Source: an uncultured Pelagibacteraceae bacterium
Lineage (GTDB): Bacteria; Pseudomonadota; Alphaproteobacteria; Pelagibacterales; Pelagibacteraceae
Reading direction: 5' to 3'
NCBI GenBank assembly: GCA_902571135.1
Contig: CACGAU010000006.1
Coordinates: 20,061-84,060, forward strand
Length of the DNA stretch: 64,000 nt
The notes under the pieces are model-generated. The model was not told the DNA's origin and did no database searches. It saw only the letters and a program-made list of their open reading frames with translations. The position numbers were made by a program, and so were the translations under genes. Below are positions 1 through 11,246 of the stretch, one piece after another (the stretch's first letter is position 1; the number at the start of each line of letters is the position of its first letter).

Positions 1-74
1 AAATTTAAAAATACTTTTAAAGCTTTACTGTATTCTTTTTGTGCTACAAGCTTTTGACCTAAAAGAAGTTTCAT
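1..74 (-). CDS. N-terminus of a probable TPR-repeat protein (runs off the window)
   Basis: Manual translation from ATG at 74: MKLLLGQKLVAQKEYSKALKVFLN..., resembling a TPR helix (G..L...EY..A...F); TAAAAT lies 6 nt upstream. Confidence 0.5.
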   Translation of the reverse strand, partial: MKLLLGQKLVAQKEYSKALKVFLN

Positions 75-174
75 AAATATATTTTAAATTTAATTCATTA
101 AAAGATAATATAATGGGACATTTTTTTCATTCAATTGATACCAAAAAAAATAGTATAATTATAAAATTAATAAT

Positions 175-819
175 ATGAAAAAAGAAGATTTGCCAATAAC
201 AGTACCTGTTTTTCCATTGAGTAATTTCATAATTTTCCCAAAAACCACAGTCCCTTTAAATATTTTTGAGCCACGTTATATCGATATGATAAATGATAGT
301 ATGAAATCAAACAAATTAATAGGAATGATACAACCAAAAATTTCTAATAAAAAACAAATCAATCCTGAATTACATAAAGTTGGATGCCTTGGAAAAATTA
401 CAAGTTTTAGAGAAACAGAAGATGGAAGATTTTTAATTGAATTAAAAGGATTAATAAGATTTAGACAAATTAAAGAATTAATTACAGAAAATAAATATAG
501 AATCTTAGAAGTAGATTTTAAAAGTTTTTATCAAGACTTAGAAAACAAAAAAGAGGAATTAAAATTTTCTGATCTTGAATTAATTTTTAAAGATTTAAAA
601 TCATTATTTGAAAAGAGAGGATTTATCATAAATTGGAAAGCACTAGAAAAACAAAGTCTTGATGAAACAATTAACGCACTTGCTATGGCATCGCCTTTTT
701 CTTTAGAAGAAAAACAAGTTTTGCTAGAAGCAGAAAATTTGGATATTAGAAAAGATAAGATTTCCCAGATTTTAAATACTTATACTTTTGATAATTTTGA
801 TAATACAACATTGCAATAA
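175..819 (+). CDS. Lon protease substrate-binding (LON N-terminal) domain protein
   Basis: PVFPL..IIFP...VPLNIFEPRY motif; no ATPase or protease domain. Confidence 0.9.
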   Translation: MKKEDLPITVPVFPLSNFIIFPKTTVPLNIFEPRYIDMINDSMKSNKLIGMIQPKISNKKQINPELHKVGCLGKITSFRETEDGRFLIELKGLIRFRQIKELITENKYRILEVDFKSFYQDLENKKEELKFSDLELIFKDLKSLFEKRGFIINWKALEKQSLDETINALAMASPFSLEEKQVLLEAENLDIRKDKISQILNTYTFDNFDNTTLQ

Positions 820-1896
820 TTAAAAATTAATTCCTTTATCCGCAATTTTAGTAAACATTTTATTTATTGATGTATTTCTTCCTAACAGCTTCACTGATTT
901 GCTCAAAATAGTATTATCAAATTTTCTTTCAAAATTAAAAAATTCTTGAATTAAATCAATACCATTTGAGAAAATATAATTTTTATGTTTTATTTTTTTT
1001 TCAAATTCATCATTAACTGAACTGTCAATAGGTAATCCTAAATCTATTTTTTCTTTAATAATATTGACTAAAGAATTTATATCTCTAATTGTCATATTAA
1101 ATCCCTGCCCTGCAAATGGATGAATACGGTGAAGTAATTCACCAAAAGCTAAAATATTTTTATGATAATAAGATCTCAAAGCAAAGGATTTAAGTTTAAA
1201 GTGTTCAATTTTCTCAATTTTTTTAATTTTATATTTTGGATTGTATTGATTTATCAATTTTATTATTTTTTCTCTACTTAAATTTTTTGAACCATATATC
1301 GAATATACAATTGAAGTTTTGTTTTTTGATAATGGCAAAAAAGCTAATGGTCCTATCTTAGTAAATATTTGAATAGCAACATCATTTAAAGTTATGTCAT
1401 GATCAATTACCGTGGTATAAGCAAAACTATTATAAGTTTTTTCAATTTTTTTATTAAAGTATTTTTTTGTAAAGACACTATTGAAATCTGTATTTACAAT
1501 TAAATTATACTTATCTAGTTTAATTAATTTTTTTTCATATTTGATTTTCTTATAATACTTATTCTTATTTAAACTTTTATTTAAAGCCTCATATATTTGA
1601 TGATTTTTAATTATTGAAAAAAGTTGATTTTTATTATTTTCAAAATTTAATATTTTTTCTTTTTTTAAATTTTCAATATAAATTTCGATTTTTTTTAATT
1701 TCCAAATTATTTTTTCGATTTTAATTATATTTTTATCAAGATATTCATAATTACTTTTTGAAATACCAATTGTTCTGGAATTTTTAATATTAATTTTTTC
1801 ATTTAACGCAATTATATCAACAAAAATATTTTGATTAACCAAAGCTTTTGCTAAAGTTAAAGCAGTTAAACCTGAACCAAGTATACAAACTCTCAT
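820..1896 (-). CDS. UbiH/UbiL-family FAD-dependent hydroxylase (ubiquinone biosynthesis)
   Basis: N-terminal ILGSGLTA dinucleotide motif and HPFAGQGFN motif; start moved to MRVCILG (1896). Confidence 0.85.
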   Translation of the reverse strand: MRVCILGSGLTALTLAKALVNQNIFVDIIALNEKINIKNSRTIGISKSNYEYLDKNIIKIEKIIWKLKKIEIYIENLKKEKILNFENNKNQLFSIIKNHQIYEALNKSLNKNKYYKKIKYEKKLIKLDKYNLIVNTDFNSVFTKKYFNKKIEKTYNSFAYTTVIDHDITLNDVAIQIFTKIGPLAFLPLSKNKTSIVYSIYGSKNLSREKIIKLINQYNPKYKIKKIEKIEHFKLKSFALRSYYHKNILAFGELLHRIHPFAGQGFNMTIRDINSLVNIIKEKIDLGLPIDSSVNDEFEKKIKHKNYIFSNGIDLIQEFFNFERKFDNTILSKSVKLLGRNTSINKMFTKIADKGINF

Positions 1897-1958
1897 ATTA
1901 TTTTTAATTTTAACAACAAAAATTAGATGATACAAAGTGGTAAAATTGATTCATAAAT

Positions 1959-4043
1959 ATGGATATAAAAAAAACAGCTAATTTATTTGCTAATTTCACT
2001 ATTAAAAGGTTAGCAGAAATTTTTGGTATAACTGTTTTAGTTGCTGGAATTTTATTATTATTAGCATTATTAACCTATTCACCGGAAGACCCTAATTTCA
2101 TTTTTCCAGAAAACACAAAAATTGAGAATATTTTGGGTTTCTATGGAAGTTTTATCTCAGATTTATTTTTTCAATCAATAGGTCTAATTTCATATTTGTT
2201 CTCACTTACTTTAATTGTAACTGGTATGAACATCATTAAGAATAAGAAATTTTTTTTAATAATTGAAAACATATTTTTTGCAATAATTTATTCTGTATTA
2301 GGTACTTTATTTTTTTCATATTTTTATTCAGAAACTTATGTTCTTTACATAAATGGCAATGGAGGCTTTGTAGGTAGTTATTTAAATCAAACATTTTTGA
2401 ATTCAGTAATATTAATTAACGAGATAGTTTTTTATTATTTTTTGATTATTTTAAGTTTTTTTTTATTTTTAATCAGTATTAATTTTTATCCAATAAAATT
2501 TTATGTATTTATTAAAAACATAATTCAATTTTTTATAAAAAAAGAAAGAAAAAATTATACTAATAAAAGTGAAGTAATCAGTGAATATATCCCTCAAGAA
2601 GAAATAAAAAATCTTATTCAAGAGGATTTACCTTTTATAAAAGCTGAGGATAAAAGCAAAAATACAACTAAATTTAAATTACCAGACTTGAATTTATTGA
2701 AAACTCCTTCTAAAAAGGAAAGAGAAAATCCTGTTAAAAGTGAAACACAAGATCCTGAATTTTTAGAAAAAATTCTTTTAGATTTTGGTGTTAAAGGCAA
2801 TATCAAGAAAGTAAGCCATGGACCTGTAGTAACTTTAAATGAATTTGAGCCTGCAGCTGGTGTAAAGGTTTCAAAAATAATTAATTTATCTGATGACATT
2901 GCAAGAAATACCAGTTCAGAGTCTGCAAGAATAGCTACAATACCTGGAAGTAATACTGTTGGCATTGAGCTGCCAAACAATGTTAGAGAAAATGTTTATT
3001 TAAGCGAAATTTTAAATAATCCTGATTTCAAAAAAAGAGATATTAAATTGCCGATCGCATTAGGAAAAAGTATTTCTGGCAAACCTGTAGTTGGGGACTT
3101 ATCATCTATGCCCCATCTACTTATCGCTGGTACAACAGGGTCAGGTAAGTCTGTCTGTATCAATACCATTATTTTGTCTCTTCTCTACAGACATACACCT
3201 GAAAAATGTAAATTTATTTTAATAGATCCAAAAATGCTTGAGCTTTCGACATATGAAGGAATCCCACATTTATTATGCCCTGTAATAACAGAAGCTAAGA
3301 AGGCTGCGTCTGTTCTTGGTTGGGTAGTTAAAGAAATGGAAAGCAGATATAGACTTATGACTAAAGAAGGAGTCAGAAACATAGATACCTATAACACAAA
3401 ACATAAACTCCCAATGCCTTATATAGTTGTTGTAGTTGATGAAATGTCGGATTTAATGCTGGTAGCAGGTAAAGAAATTGAAAACTATATCCAAAAACTA
3501 TCACAAATGGCAAGAGCAGCAGGAATCCACATTATTATGGCTACTCAAAGACCTAGTGTTGATGTAATTACTGGAACAATTAAAGCAAACTTTCCAACAA
3601 GGATATCATTTCAAGTTACTTCAAAAATTGATAGTAGAACAATTTTAGGTGAACAAGGGGCAGAGCAATTATTAGGAAAAGGAGATATGCTATATATGTC
3701 CTCTGCTAATCGTATAGTAAGAATTCACGCTCCTTTCGTCTCAGATAGTGAAATTGAACAAATAAACAATTTTTTAAGATCACAGGCTGAGCCTGATTAT
3801 GTTGATGAAATTTTAAATTTTGCAGATGAAAAAGAGATGGGTGATAATCAAAACCTAGGTGATAAAGACGAACTATATCAACAAGCTTTGGAAATTATAA
3901 GATCAGAGGGAAAAGCTTCCACTTCTTTTTTACAAAGGAAACTTCAAATTGGTTATAACAGAGCAGCAAGAATTATAGACATGATGGAGTCAGATGGAAT
4001 TGTAAGTAAAGCTAATCATGTTGGCAAAAGAGACGTTCTCTGA
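1959..4043 (+). CDS. ftsK: DNA translocase FtsK
   Basis: N-terminal TM domain, GTTGSGKS Walker A, LIDPKMLEL, gamma domain LQRKLQIGYNRAA. Confidence 0.98.
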   Translation: MDIKKTANLFANFTIKRLAEIFGITVLVAGILLLLALLTYSPEDPNFIFPENTKIENILGFYGSFISDLFFQSIGLISYLFSLTLIVTGMNIIKNKKFFLIIENIFFAIIYSVLGTLFFSYFYSETYVLYINGNGGFVGSYLNQTFLNSVILINEIVFYYFLIILSFFLFLISINFYPIKFYVFIKNIIQFFIKKERKNYTNKSEVISEYIPQEEIKNLIQEDLPFIKAEDKSKNTTKFKLPDLNLLKTPSKKERENPVKSETQDPEFLEKILLDFGVKGNIKKVSHGPVVTLNEFEPAAGVKVSKIINLSDDIARNTSSESARIATIPGSNTVGIELPNNVRENVYLSEILNNPDFKKRDIKLPIALGKSISGKPVVGDLSSMPHLLIAGTTGSGKSVCINTIILSLLYRHTPEKCKFILIDPKMLELSTYEGIPHLLCPVITEAKKAASVLGWVVKEMESRYRLMTKEGVRNIDTYNTKHKLPMPYIVVVVDEMSDLMLVAGKEIENYIQKLSQMARAAGIHIIMATQRPSVDVITGTIKANFPTRISFQVTSKIDSRTILGEQGAEQLLGKGDMLYMSSANRIVRIHAPFVSDSEIEQINNFLRSQAEPDYVDEILNFADEKEMGDNQNLGDKDELYQQALEIIRSEGKASTSFLQRKLQIGYNRAARIIDMMESDGIVSKANHVGKRDVL

Positions 4044-4591
4044 TGTTAAGATTTTTTTTGATAATAATTTTCTTTTTTTTAACACTTAATTCAAATGCTG
4101 ATGTTAAAAAAAAAATTATTCAAAATCTTAAAAATACTAAAAATTTAAATTTTAAATTTGAACAAAATATTAATGGTAAAATAGAGAATGGAAATTGTAC
4201 GATAGAATATCCAAAAAAAATATTTTGTGAATATGCAAGAAGTAACAATAAAATTTTAGTTTCGAATGGAAAATCTTTAGTTATTAAAACTATTTCAAGC
4301 TATTATCGGTATCCTTTGGAAAAAACACCCTTAAATGTTATTTTAGATAAAAATATTCTAATCGACAAAATTAAATCCTTAAAAGAAAGAACAATCGATA
4401 ATAATCTAATTAATTTTACAATTTTAGAAAATAATAACGAAATAAATATATTTTTTGACAAACAAACGTATGATTTAATTGGTTGGCAAAACACCGACAT
4501 GTATCAAAATTTTAATATTACCTTCCTCACATCTATCAGAAAAAATAGAGTGTTATCCAAGAACTTATTCAATATACCTGCTCAAAATTAA
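4043..4591 (+). CDS. lolA: Outer-membrane lipoprotein carrier LolA
   Basis: Signal peptide, F.Q..LVSNGK..YPLEKTPL motifs, conserved position after ftsK. Confidence 0.85.
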   Translation: MLRFFLIIIFFFLTLNSNADVKKKIIQNLKNTKNLNFKFEQNINGKIENGNCTIEYPKKIFCEYARSNNKILVSNGKSLVIKTISSYYRYPLEKTPLNVILDKNILIDKIKSLKERTIDNNLINFTILENNNEINIFFDKQTYDLIGWQNTDMYQNFNITFLTSIRKNRVLSKNLFNIPAQN

Positions 4592-5091
4592 ATATTTAAT
4601 ATTTCAGTTTTAAATATTTTCATGCCTCTTGAAATATAATTACTTAAAGCATTTTTGTGATCTAAAGAGCACGTATGTACCCAAACTCGTTTAGTGTTAT
4701 TTATAAAAGATTTTTTAATAGCTTCTGATAATAAAAATGAGCCTAATTTTTTATTTTGATATTCTTCAAGTATCCCAAAATATGCAATTTCTGTTTCATT
4801 ATTTTCTGGATGAAAAATTAATTCAAAAAATCCTACTAAATTATCTTTATATTTAAAAACATATGAATTAACATTTTTAGAAGAAACATAATTAATCCAT
4901 CTTTCTTCTGACCAAATAAGTCTATCTACCCACTTATGTTTTTTACCAATATTTTTATAAAAAAATTTATTTAGTTGAAAATTAATTGGATTAATTAAAC
5001 TTAAAGAATAATCTTCAGATGGTTTATTTCCCTCGACTAGATCTTGAAGTGAATTTATTTCTAGATAATTTCTTTTAACCTCTTCTGTCAC
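4588..5091 (-). CDS. GNAT-family N-acetyltransferase
   Basis: YFGILEEYQNKKLG acetyl-CoA motif; RVWVHTCSLDH..A...Y...G. Confidence 0.85.
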   Translation of the reverse strand: MTEEVKRNYLEINSLQDLVEGNKPSEDYSLSLINPINFQLNKFFYKNIGKKHKWVDRLIWSEERWINYVSSKNVNSYVFKYKDNLVGFFELIFHPENNETEIAYFGILEEYQNKKLGSFLLSEAIKKSFINNTKRVWVHTCSLDHKNALSNYISRGMKIFKTEILNI

Positions 5092-5453
5092 TCAACCATT
5101 TTCCCGACTCGTTCACCTCCAAATAAATGAAAATGTAAATGAGGTACTTCTTGACCACCATGATCACTAATATTTGCTAAAGCTCGATAACCTTTACCTG
5201 CTTGTGTTGAAATACCAAGCTTTTTAGCAACTATATTAATACCTTTTAATAATCCAACCATCTCCTCAGAGGAAGCATTTAAACTAAAATCATCTAAATC
5301 GATATATTTACCTTTGGGAATAACTAAAGCATGAACTTTTTTTTGTGGATTGATGTCATGAAATGACAAAATAAAATCATCCTCATAGATTTTATTGCAA
5401 GGTATTTCTCCACGTAAAATTTTTGCAAAGATATTATTATCGTCGTAACTCAT
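5088..5453 (-). CDS. HIT-family nucleotide-binding protein (HinT-like)
   Basis: NIFAKILRGEIP and QEVPHLHFH histidine triad. Confidence 0.95.
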   Translation of the reverse strand: MSYDDNNIFAKILRGEIPCNKIYEDDFILSFHDINPQKKVHALVIPKGKYIDLDDFSLNASSEEMVGLLKGINIVAKKLGISTQAGKGYRALANISDHGGQEVPHLHFHLFGGERVGKMVE

Positions 5454-5722
5454 TTTTTTCTTTTTTCTAATTCTAACATCACCTCTTCAATTTTAATGTC
5501 ATTTGCCTCAATATACATGAGCAAATGGTAAAATACATCTGCGGCTTCATGGATTTTATTTGAATTTTCCTCTACTGCCTCGATCAATTCATTAACTTCT
5601 TCTAAAACTTTTGACTTACTTAATGATTTATCTGTAAGTAACTTGTTGGTATAAGAACCTTCAATAGGTGAAGATTTTCTATCTCTTGCAAGTTTAATTA
5701 AGTTTTCTAATGTATTTAGCAT
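5450..5722 (-). CDS. hisE: Phosphoribosyl-ATP diphosphatase
   Basis: SYT..L, KV.EE..E, EAADVFYHL; in his cluster. Confidence 0.95.
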   Translation of the reverse strand: MLNTLENLIKLARDRKSSPIEGSYTNKLLTDKSLSKSKVLEEVNELIEAVEENSNKIHEAADVFYHLLMYIEANDIKIEEVMLELEKRKK

Positions 5723-5723
5723 A

Positions 5724-6479
5724 TTAAATTCTAACAGGTATTCCTTTTAAATCCAAATACTCCTTAGCCTCTTTTATAGAATGTTTACCATAATGAAATA
5801 TGGAAGCTGCTAGAACTGCACTGGCATTTCCTAATTTAATTCCGTCTACCAAATGATCTAAATTACCAACTCCTCCTGATGCGATGACTGGTATATTTAC
5901 CTTTGAAGAGATCTTTGACATAAGAGCAATATCGTAACCAACTTGAGTACCATCTCTATCCATTGATGTTACTAGAAGTTCACCTGCCCCGCTGTCCTCC
6001 ATTTTTTTTGCGAATTCGATAGAATCAATTCCAGTATTATTTCTTCCTCCATGAGTGAAAATTTCCCATTTATCTCCATTTTTTTTTGCATCTATCGCAA
6101 CTACAATGCACTGTGATCCAAATTTTTTAGAACTTTCAATTACTACTTCTGGATTTTGAACTGCAGCCGTATTTATAGATACCTTGTCTGCACCACAGTT
6201 CAGTAGTTTATTGATATCCTCAACATTTCTGATACCACCTCCGACTGTCAAAGGAACAAAGCATTTCTTTGAGGTTTTCTCTACTACATCATAAATAGTA
6301 TCTCTATTTTCATTTGATGCAGTGATATCTAAAAAACAAATTTCATCTGCTCCACCGTCTGAATAAATTTTAGCTTGCTCGACGGGATCACCAGCATCCT
6401 GCAGATCAACAAAGTTAATTCCTTTTACAACACGTCCATTTTTAACGTCTAAACATGGTATAATTCTGTTTTTAAGCAT
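5724..6479 (-). CDS. hisF: Imidazole glycerol phosphate synthase cyclase subunit
   Basis: [24 protein letters not shown]. Confidence 0.98.
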   Translation of the reverse strand: MLKNRIIPCLDVKNGRVVKGINFVDLQDAGDPVEQAKIYSDGGADEICFLDITASNENRDTIYDVVEKTSKKCFVPLTVGGGIRNVEDINKLLNCGADKVSINTAAVQNPEVVIESSKKFGSQCIVVAIDAKKNGDKWEIFTHGGRNNTGIDSIEFAKKMEDSGAGELLVTSMDRDGTQVGYDIALMSKISSKVNIPVIASGGVGNLDHLVDGIKLGNASAVLAASIFHYGKHSIKEAKEYLDLKGIPVRI

Positions 6480-7197
6480 CTAATTCCTTCGCTAATTCGT
6501 CTAATTCAATATCACCATCATAGATAGCTTTTCCAACTATAATACCCTCGATATTCTTATTATTTAGTTCCCTAGCTTTTTTAATATCATCGATTGATGA
6601 AACTCCACCTGATATTATTACAGGACAATTAGAAGTATTAGCGACTTTTGATGTCTCTTCAAAGTTAGGACTTTGCTTCATCCCATCTTTATTAATATCA
6701 GTGTAAATCAATCTGCTTGCACCATATTCGTTAACCTCTTTCAAATAATCTAAAGTTAATTTATTGGAGTTTTCTTTCCAACCAGAGACAGATAAATATC
6801 CATCTTTTGCATCTAATCCTAAAGCAATTTTATCAGGGAATTTTTCGCATGCCTCTTTTAAAAAATTTTTATTTTTTATAGCAGCGCTTCCTAAAATAAC
6901 TTTTTCAACACCAGCATCAGTATACCTCTGTATACTTTCAAAATTTCTTACTCCTCCACCAATTTCAATTTTAAGATCAAATTTAGCAACTATTTCTTGA
7001 ATAATATCTAAATTAATTGTTTCACCAGTTAAAGCTCCATCTAAATCAACTATGTGTAAATTTTTAAATCCATAATCTTTATATTTACCAGCTTGTTCAA
7101 TTGGAGACATTTCGTATTCAGTTTTATTATTAAAATCTCCTTTGACTAATCTCACACATTTTTTATCTTTAATATCTATTGCTGGAAATATTTTCAT
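6472..7197 (-). CDS. hisA: ProFAR isomerase
   Basis: [28 protein letters not shown]. Confidence 0.97.
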   Translation of the reverse strand: MKIFPAIDIKDKKCVRLVKGDFNNKTEYEMSPIEQAGKYKDYGFKNLHIVDLDGALTGETINLDIIQEIVAKFDLKIEIGGGVRNFESIQRYTDAGVEKVILGSAAIKNKNFLKEACEKFPDKIALGLDAKDGYLSVSGWKENSNKLTLDYLKEVNEYGASRLIYTDINKDGMKQSPNFEETSKVANTSNCPVIISGGVSSIDDIKKARELNNKNIEGIIVGKAIYDGDIELDELAKELDA

Positions 7198-7824
7198 TTA
7201 TAAATTTATAAAATTATCTATTATTTTAAGTCCAATTTTATCACTTTTCTCTGGGTGGAACTGTGTTCCAAAAATATTATCCTTTTCAACAGAGCAAACT
7301 ATATTCGATGAATAATCTGTTGTAGCTGAAATTACAGATTTATCTTCAGGTATAAATTCATAACTGTGAACAAAATACATGTGAGAATTTTTTTCTATAC
7401 CTTTAAAAATTTTACTGTCTTTAATAATATTAATTTCGTTCCAACCAATGTGAGGGAGTTTATATTTTCCATTTTGATTATCTATTTTTGATACTTTTCC
7501 AGAGATCCAACCAAGACCTTTAGTTTCTGTTTCTTCAAAACCGACATCTGCAAACATTTGTAATCCAACACAAATACCAAGAAGAGGTTTTTTATTATTA
7601 ATTGCAAACTCATTTAAAGTTTCTACTAGACCATTAATCTTATTAATCGCATCAATACAACTCTTGAACGAACCTTGCCCTGGTAAAACGACTTTATCTG
7701 AAGATTTAATTTTATTTAAATCTGGAGTTACGTCGATATTCACTTTATCTTTAGCAGCCTCTTTAAAAGAGTTTATTACCGAGCTTATATTGCCCGAATT
7801 ATAATCAACAATTGTGACGTTCAT
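7198..7824 (-). CDS. hisH: Imidazole glycerol phosphate synthase glutaminase subunit
   Basis: GICVGLQ, PHIGWN, QFHPEKS. Confidence 0.97.
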   Translation of the reverse strand: MNVTIVDYNSGNISSVINSFKEAAKDKVNIDVTPDLNKIKSSDKVVLPGQGSFKSCIDAINKINGLVETLNEFAINNKKPLLGICVGLQMFADVGFEETETKGLGWISGKVSKIDNQNGKYKLPHIGWNEINIIKDSKIFKGIEKNSHMYFVHSYEFIPEDKSVISATTDYSSNIVCSVEKDNIFGTQFHPEKSDKIGLKIIDNFINL

Positions 7825-7829
7825 TAAAC

Positions 7830-8420
7830 TTATAATGAGCCTTTGGTGGATGGGATGCTCTTCTTGTTTCTTGGATCCATCTCCAATGCAGCTCTTAACG
7901 ATCTTGCTAGTGCTTTATAACAAGATTCAATTATGTGGTGGCTATTGTCCCCATAAATATTTTCAACATGCATCGTAATGCCTGCGGATTGAGAAAATGC
8001 CTGAAACCATTCTTTAAATAGTTCTGTGTCCATCTCTCCAAGTTTCTCAACTTTTAATTTTACTTTCCAAATCAAATAAGGTCTGTTTGAAACATCTATT
8101 GCAACTCTTGTTAATGTTTCATCCATTGGAATAACTGAGTGTGCATATCTTTTTATTCCTACAAATTTTTTAGCTGCTTTTTTTAAAGCTTCACCAATAG
8201 CAATACCTGTATCTTCTGTTGTGTGATGAAGATCGATATGAGTATCCCCTTTTGCTTTAACTTTTAAATCAATTAAGGAATGCTTTGATAATTGCTCAAG
8301 CATGTGATCTAGAAAACCTATTCCAGTGTCAATTTGGTACTTACCTTTACCATCAATATTTACCTCAACATTGATACTGGTTTCTTTTGTTTTTCGAGAT
8401 ACTTTTCCTTTTCTAGCCAT
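7830..8420 (-). CDS. hisB: Imidazoleglycerol-phosphate dehydratase
   Basis: [30 protein letters not shown]. Confidence 0.98.
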   Translation of the reverse strand: MARKGKVSRKTKETSINVEVNIDGKGKYQIDTGIGFLDHMLEQLSKHSLIDLKVKAKGDTHIDLHHTTEDTGIAIGEALKKAAKKFVGIKRYAHSVIPMDETLTRVAIDVSNRPYLIWKVKLKVEKLGEMDTELFKEWFQAFSQSAGITMHVENIYGDNSHHIIESCYKALARSLRAALEMDPRNKKSIPSTKGSL

Positions 8421-8474
8421 ATATTTTTAATGGTATACATACTTAATCCCACTATATCAATATCAGTCTGAACA

Positions 8475-8502
8475 CTTGAAGTATCAAAAATAGTTACCAT
8501 TT
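8475..8502 (+). promoter_or_regulatory. RpoH (sigma32)-type promoter of hslVU
   Basis: CTTG-N17-ACCATTT ending 7 nt before the hslV ATG; close to the alphaproteobacterial CTTG-N17-CYTATNT consensus. Confidence 0.7.
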
Positions 8503-8509
8503 ATTAGAT

Positions 8510-9025
8510 ATGACAACAATTGTATTAGTTAGAAAAAACAATGAAGTAGTTGTTGCTGGTGATGGACAAGTCAGTATGGGAAATACTGTTGTTAAAAGCA
8601 CTGCTTCAAAAGTCAGAAAAATTGAAAAAAGAGATGTTGTTGCTGGATTTGCAGGATCAACTGCAGATGCTTTAACATTATTTGAAAGACTAGAAGGTAA
8701 ATTAGAAAAACATGCTGGCAACTTATCAAGGGCTGCTGTTGAATTAGCAAAAGATTGGAGAACAGATAAATATTTAAGAAGATTAGAGGCTCTTATGGCT
8801 GTTGGAGATAAAAACAATAGCTATATTATTTCTGGAACTGGTGATGTTTTAGAGCCAGAAGGAGATGTAATCGGAATTGGTTCAGGTGGTAATTATGCAC
8901 TAGCTGCAGGAAAAGTTTTAATGGAAGGTAACATGAGTGCTGAAGAAGTAGCAAAAAAAGCAATAAAAGTTGCAGCAGACATATGTGTCTTCACAAATGA
9001 TAATGTAAAAATTGAAAAAATATAA
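8510..9025 (+). CDS. hslV: ATP-dependent protease peptidase subunit HslV
   Basis: N-terminal MTTI catalytic Thr, [19 protein letters not shown]. Confidence 0.98.
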   Translation: MTTIVLVRKNNEVVVAGDGQVSMGNTVVKSTASKVRKIEKRDVVAGFAGSTADALTLFERLEGKLEKHAGNLSRAAVELAKDWRTDKYLRRLEALMAVGDKNNSYIISGTGDVLEPEGDVIGIGSGGNYALAAGKVLMEGNMSAEEVAKKAIKVAADICVFTNDNVKIEKI

Positions 9026-10398
9026 TGGATAATACAAACGTAACACAGCTGCACCCAAAAGAAAAAAATCAAAAGGAAGAAACTTCTTTAGTAAGCTCTT
9101 TATCTCCAAGAGAAATTGTATCTGAATTAGATAGGTTTGTTGTTGGACAAAATAAAGCTAAAAGAGCTGTTGCTGTCGCGTTAAGAAACAGGTGGCGAAG
9201 ACAAGCACTTAAAGGTGAAATGAAAAATGAAGTTTTACCAAAAAATATTCTAATGATTGGACCAACTGGGGTTGGTAAAACAGAGATATCAAGACGGTTA
9301 TCTAAATTAGCAGAAGCTCCATTTGTAAAAGTTGAAGCAACAAGATTTACTGAGGTTGGATACGTTGGAAGAGATGTTGAGCAAATTGTAAGAGATTTGA
9401 TTGAGATAGCTATCTCAATGGAGAAAGTGAAAAAAAGAAAAGAAGTTTTTGCTCAAGCTCAAAAAGCTGCGGAAGAAAAAGTATTAGACGCATTGGTTGG
9501 AAAAAAAGCAAGTTTAGCTACAAGAGAAAGTTTTAGAAAAAGATTAAGAAATGGTGATTTAGACGATAACGAAATTGAAATAGCAGTTAGTGATACGGGT
9601 TCGGGTGGTGCTTCTTTTGAAATTCCTGGGATGCCTGGGGCTAATGTTGGAATGATAAACATTAGTGAGATGATTGGAAAATCTATGGGCAATAAAGAAA
9701 AGAAGAAGAAAATGACTGTAAAAGAGTCTCACGAAATTTTAATTAACGATGAATCTGATAAATTAATAGAACAGGATAAAATTATTAAAGCTGCAAAACT
9801 TTCAACTGAAAATAATGGAATAGTTTTCTTAGATGAAATTGATAAAATTTCAGCAAGGACTGATAGGGTTGGTGGTGATGTTTCAAGAGAAGGGGTTCAA
9901 AGAGATCTATTGCCTTTAATTGAAGGAACCACTGTTAACACAAAACATGGTCCTATCAAAACTGACCATATACTGTTTATTGCCTCTGGAGCTTTTCAGC
10001 TTGCCAAACCATCAGATCTGCTCCCAGAATTACAAGGTAGATTGCCTATAAGAGTTGAACTTGAGGCATTAACTAGCGAAGATTTTAAGAGAATTTTGAG
10101 AGAACCAGATTTTAGTTTAATCAAACAATATGTTGCTCTATTAAAAACCGAGAATGTTGATCTTGAATTTTCTGATGACGGAATTGATACGATAGCAAAT
10201 ATAGCTTCCGAAGTTAATGCAACAGTCGAAAATATTGGTGCAAGAAGACTGCATACAATAATTGAAAAAATATTAGATGAGATTAGCTTTACAGCAACTG
10301 ATCGCGCAGGCGAGAAAATTATAATTGATAAAAATTACATAGATAAAAATTTAGATACTCTTGTAAAGGATACAGATCTTTCAAAATTTATTCTTTAA
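9025..10398 (+). CDS. hslU: ATP-dependent protease ATPase subunit HslU
   Basis: [13 protein letters not shown] pore motif, C-terminal DLSKFIL. Confidence 0.98.
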   Translation: MDNTNVTQLHPKEKNQKEETSLVSSLSPREIVSELDRFVVGQNKAKRAVAVALRNRWRRQALKGEMKNEVLPKNILMIGPTGVGKTEISRRLSKLAEAPFVKVEATRFTEVGYVGRDVEQIVRDLIEIAISMEKVKKRKEVFAQAQKAAEEKVLDALVGKKASLATRESFRKRLRNGDLDDNEIEIAVSDTGSGGASFEIPGMPGANVGMINISEMIGKSMGNKEKKKKMTVKESHEILINDESDKLIEQDKIIKAAKLSTENNGIVFLDEIDKISARTDRVGGDVSREGVQRDLLPLIEGTTVNTKHGPIKTDHILFIASGAFQLAKPSDLLPELQGRLPIRVELEALTSEDFKRILREPDFSLIKQYVALLKTENVDLEFSDDGIDTIANIASEVNATVENIGARRLHTIIEKILDEISFTATDRAGEKIIIDKNYIDKNLDTLVKDTDLSKFIL

Positions 10399-10406
10399 GA
10401 ATTAAG

Positions 10407-11246
10407 CTATAAATACCCAAGTTCTATCATTTCTTTACTGAAAGCTTTTTCAATTTTAACTTTATTTTCTTTATCTAAGTATTTTCTCCAATCATTTTTA
10501 GGACCAAGATTAAAAAAAGCTTTTCTTTTGCCAGTTTTTTTTTCAATCATAGCTTCTGTAAATATCTCGTTTTGCTCCTTAATTTTCATTTTTTCAAACT
10601 CTGTAGATTTAATAACTTTATTTAGCTTGATCATATCGAGATCAGCCTTCATGCCCAAAGAGCTTAAAAATTTGAAAACTTTTAAAAGGGCTGTTTTTTT
10701 CTTATTTATTAAATCTTCGTATTTTATTAATAAATATTTATTTTCTTGCTTGAGATTTTTCCAAGAATTATAACTAAAATTCCATGAGCCAATAAATACA
10801 TTAAAGTTTTTATCAGTTTTTTCCATAAACTTATTTTTATCAAGCATTGTTTCGGTTGCTTCGTTGATGCTCAAGTCATAATGGTGTGCTAAAGAAATGA
10901 CAACATTTCTAGGATCACGTACAATATATATTGCCCCAAGTGTATTTTGAGAATTTGTAAAATTATAATCGAATACTTTACATAGAGAACTATGTGTTTT
11001 AAAAAATTTTATTTTGCCTTTTTCTTGATTAATTATATTTTGGGCATTAACAAAATTCTTAAATACTTCTTTACTATTATTAATATCAATCCCTAATGAA
11101 AGAAAATGATTTAAAAGAGGGAATTGAGATATTTTATATAAATTTTCAAATTTAAATTCACCATCTTTTGAGAAAAAATAAGAAGATAAAATAGATCGTA
11201 AAAGAGTATTTCCACTTTTTGGATATGATGCAAGCCATATAATCAT
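10407..11246 (-). CDS. PAPS-dependent sulfotransferase domain protein
   Basis: ASYPKSGNT (5'-PSB loop), KTH, YIVRDPRNVVIS (3'-PB), KYEDL. Confidence 0.9.
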   Translation of the reverse strand: MIIWLASYPKSGNTLLRSILSSYFFSKDGEFKFENLYKISQFPLLNHFLSLGIDINNSKEVFKNFVNAQNIINQEKGKIKFFKTHSSLCKVFDYNFTNSQNTLGAIYIVRDPRNVVISLAHHYDLSINEATETMLDKNKFMEKTDKNFNVFIGSWNFSYNSWKNLKQENKYLLIKYEDLINKKKTALLKVFKFLSSLGMKADLDMIKLNKVIKSTEFEKMKIKEQNEIFTEAMIEKKTGKRKAFFNLGPKNDWRKYLDKENKVKIEKAFSKEMIELGYL

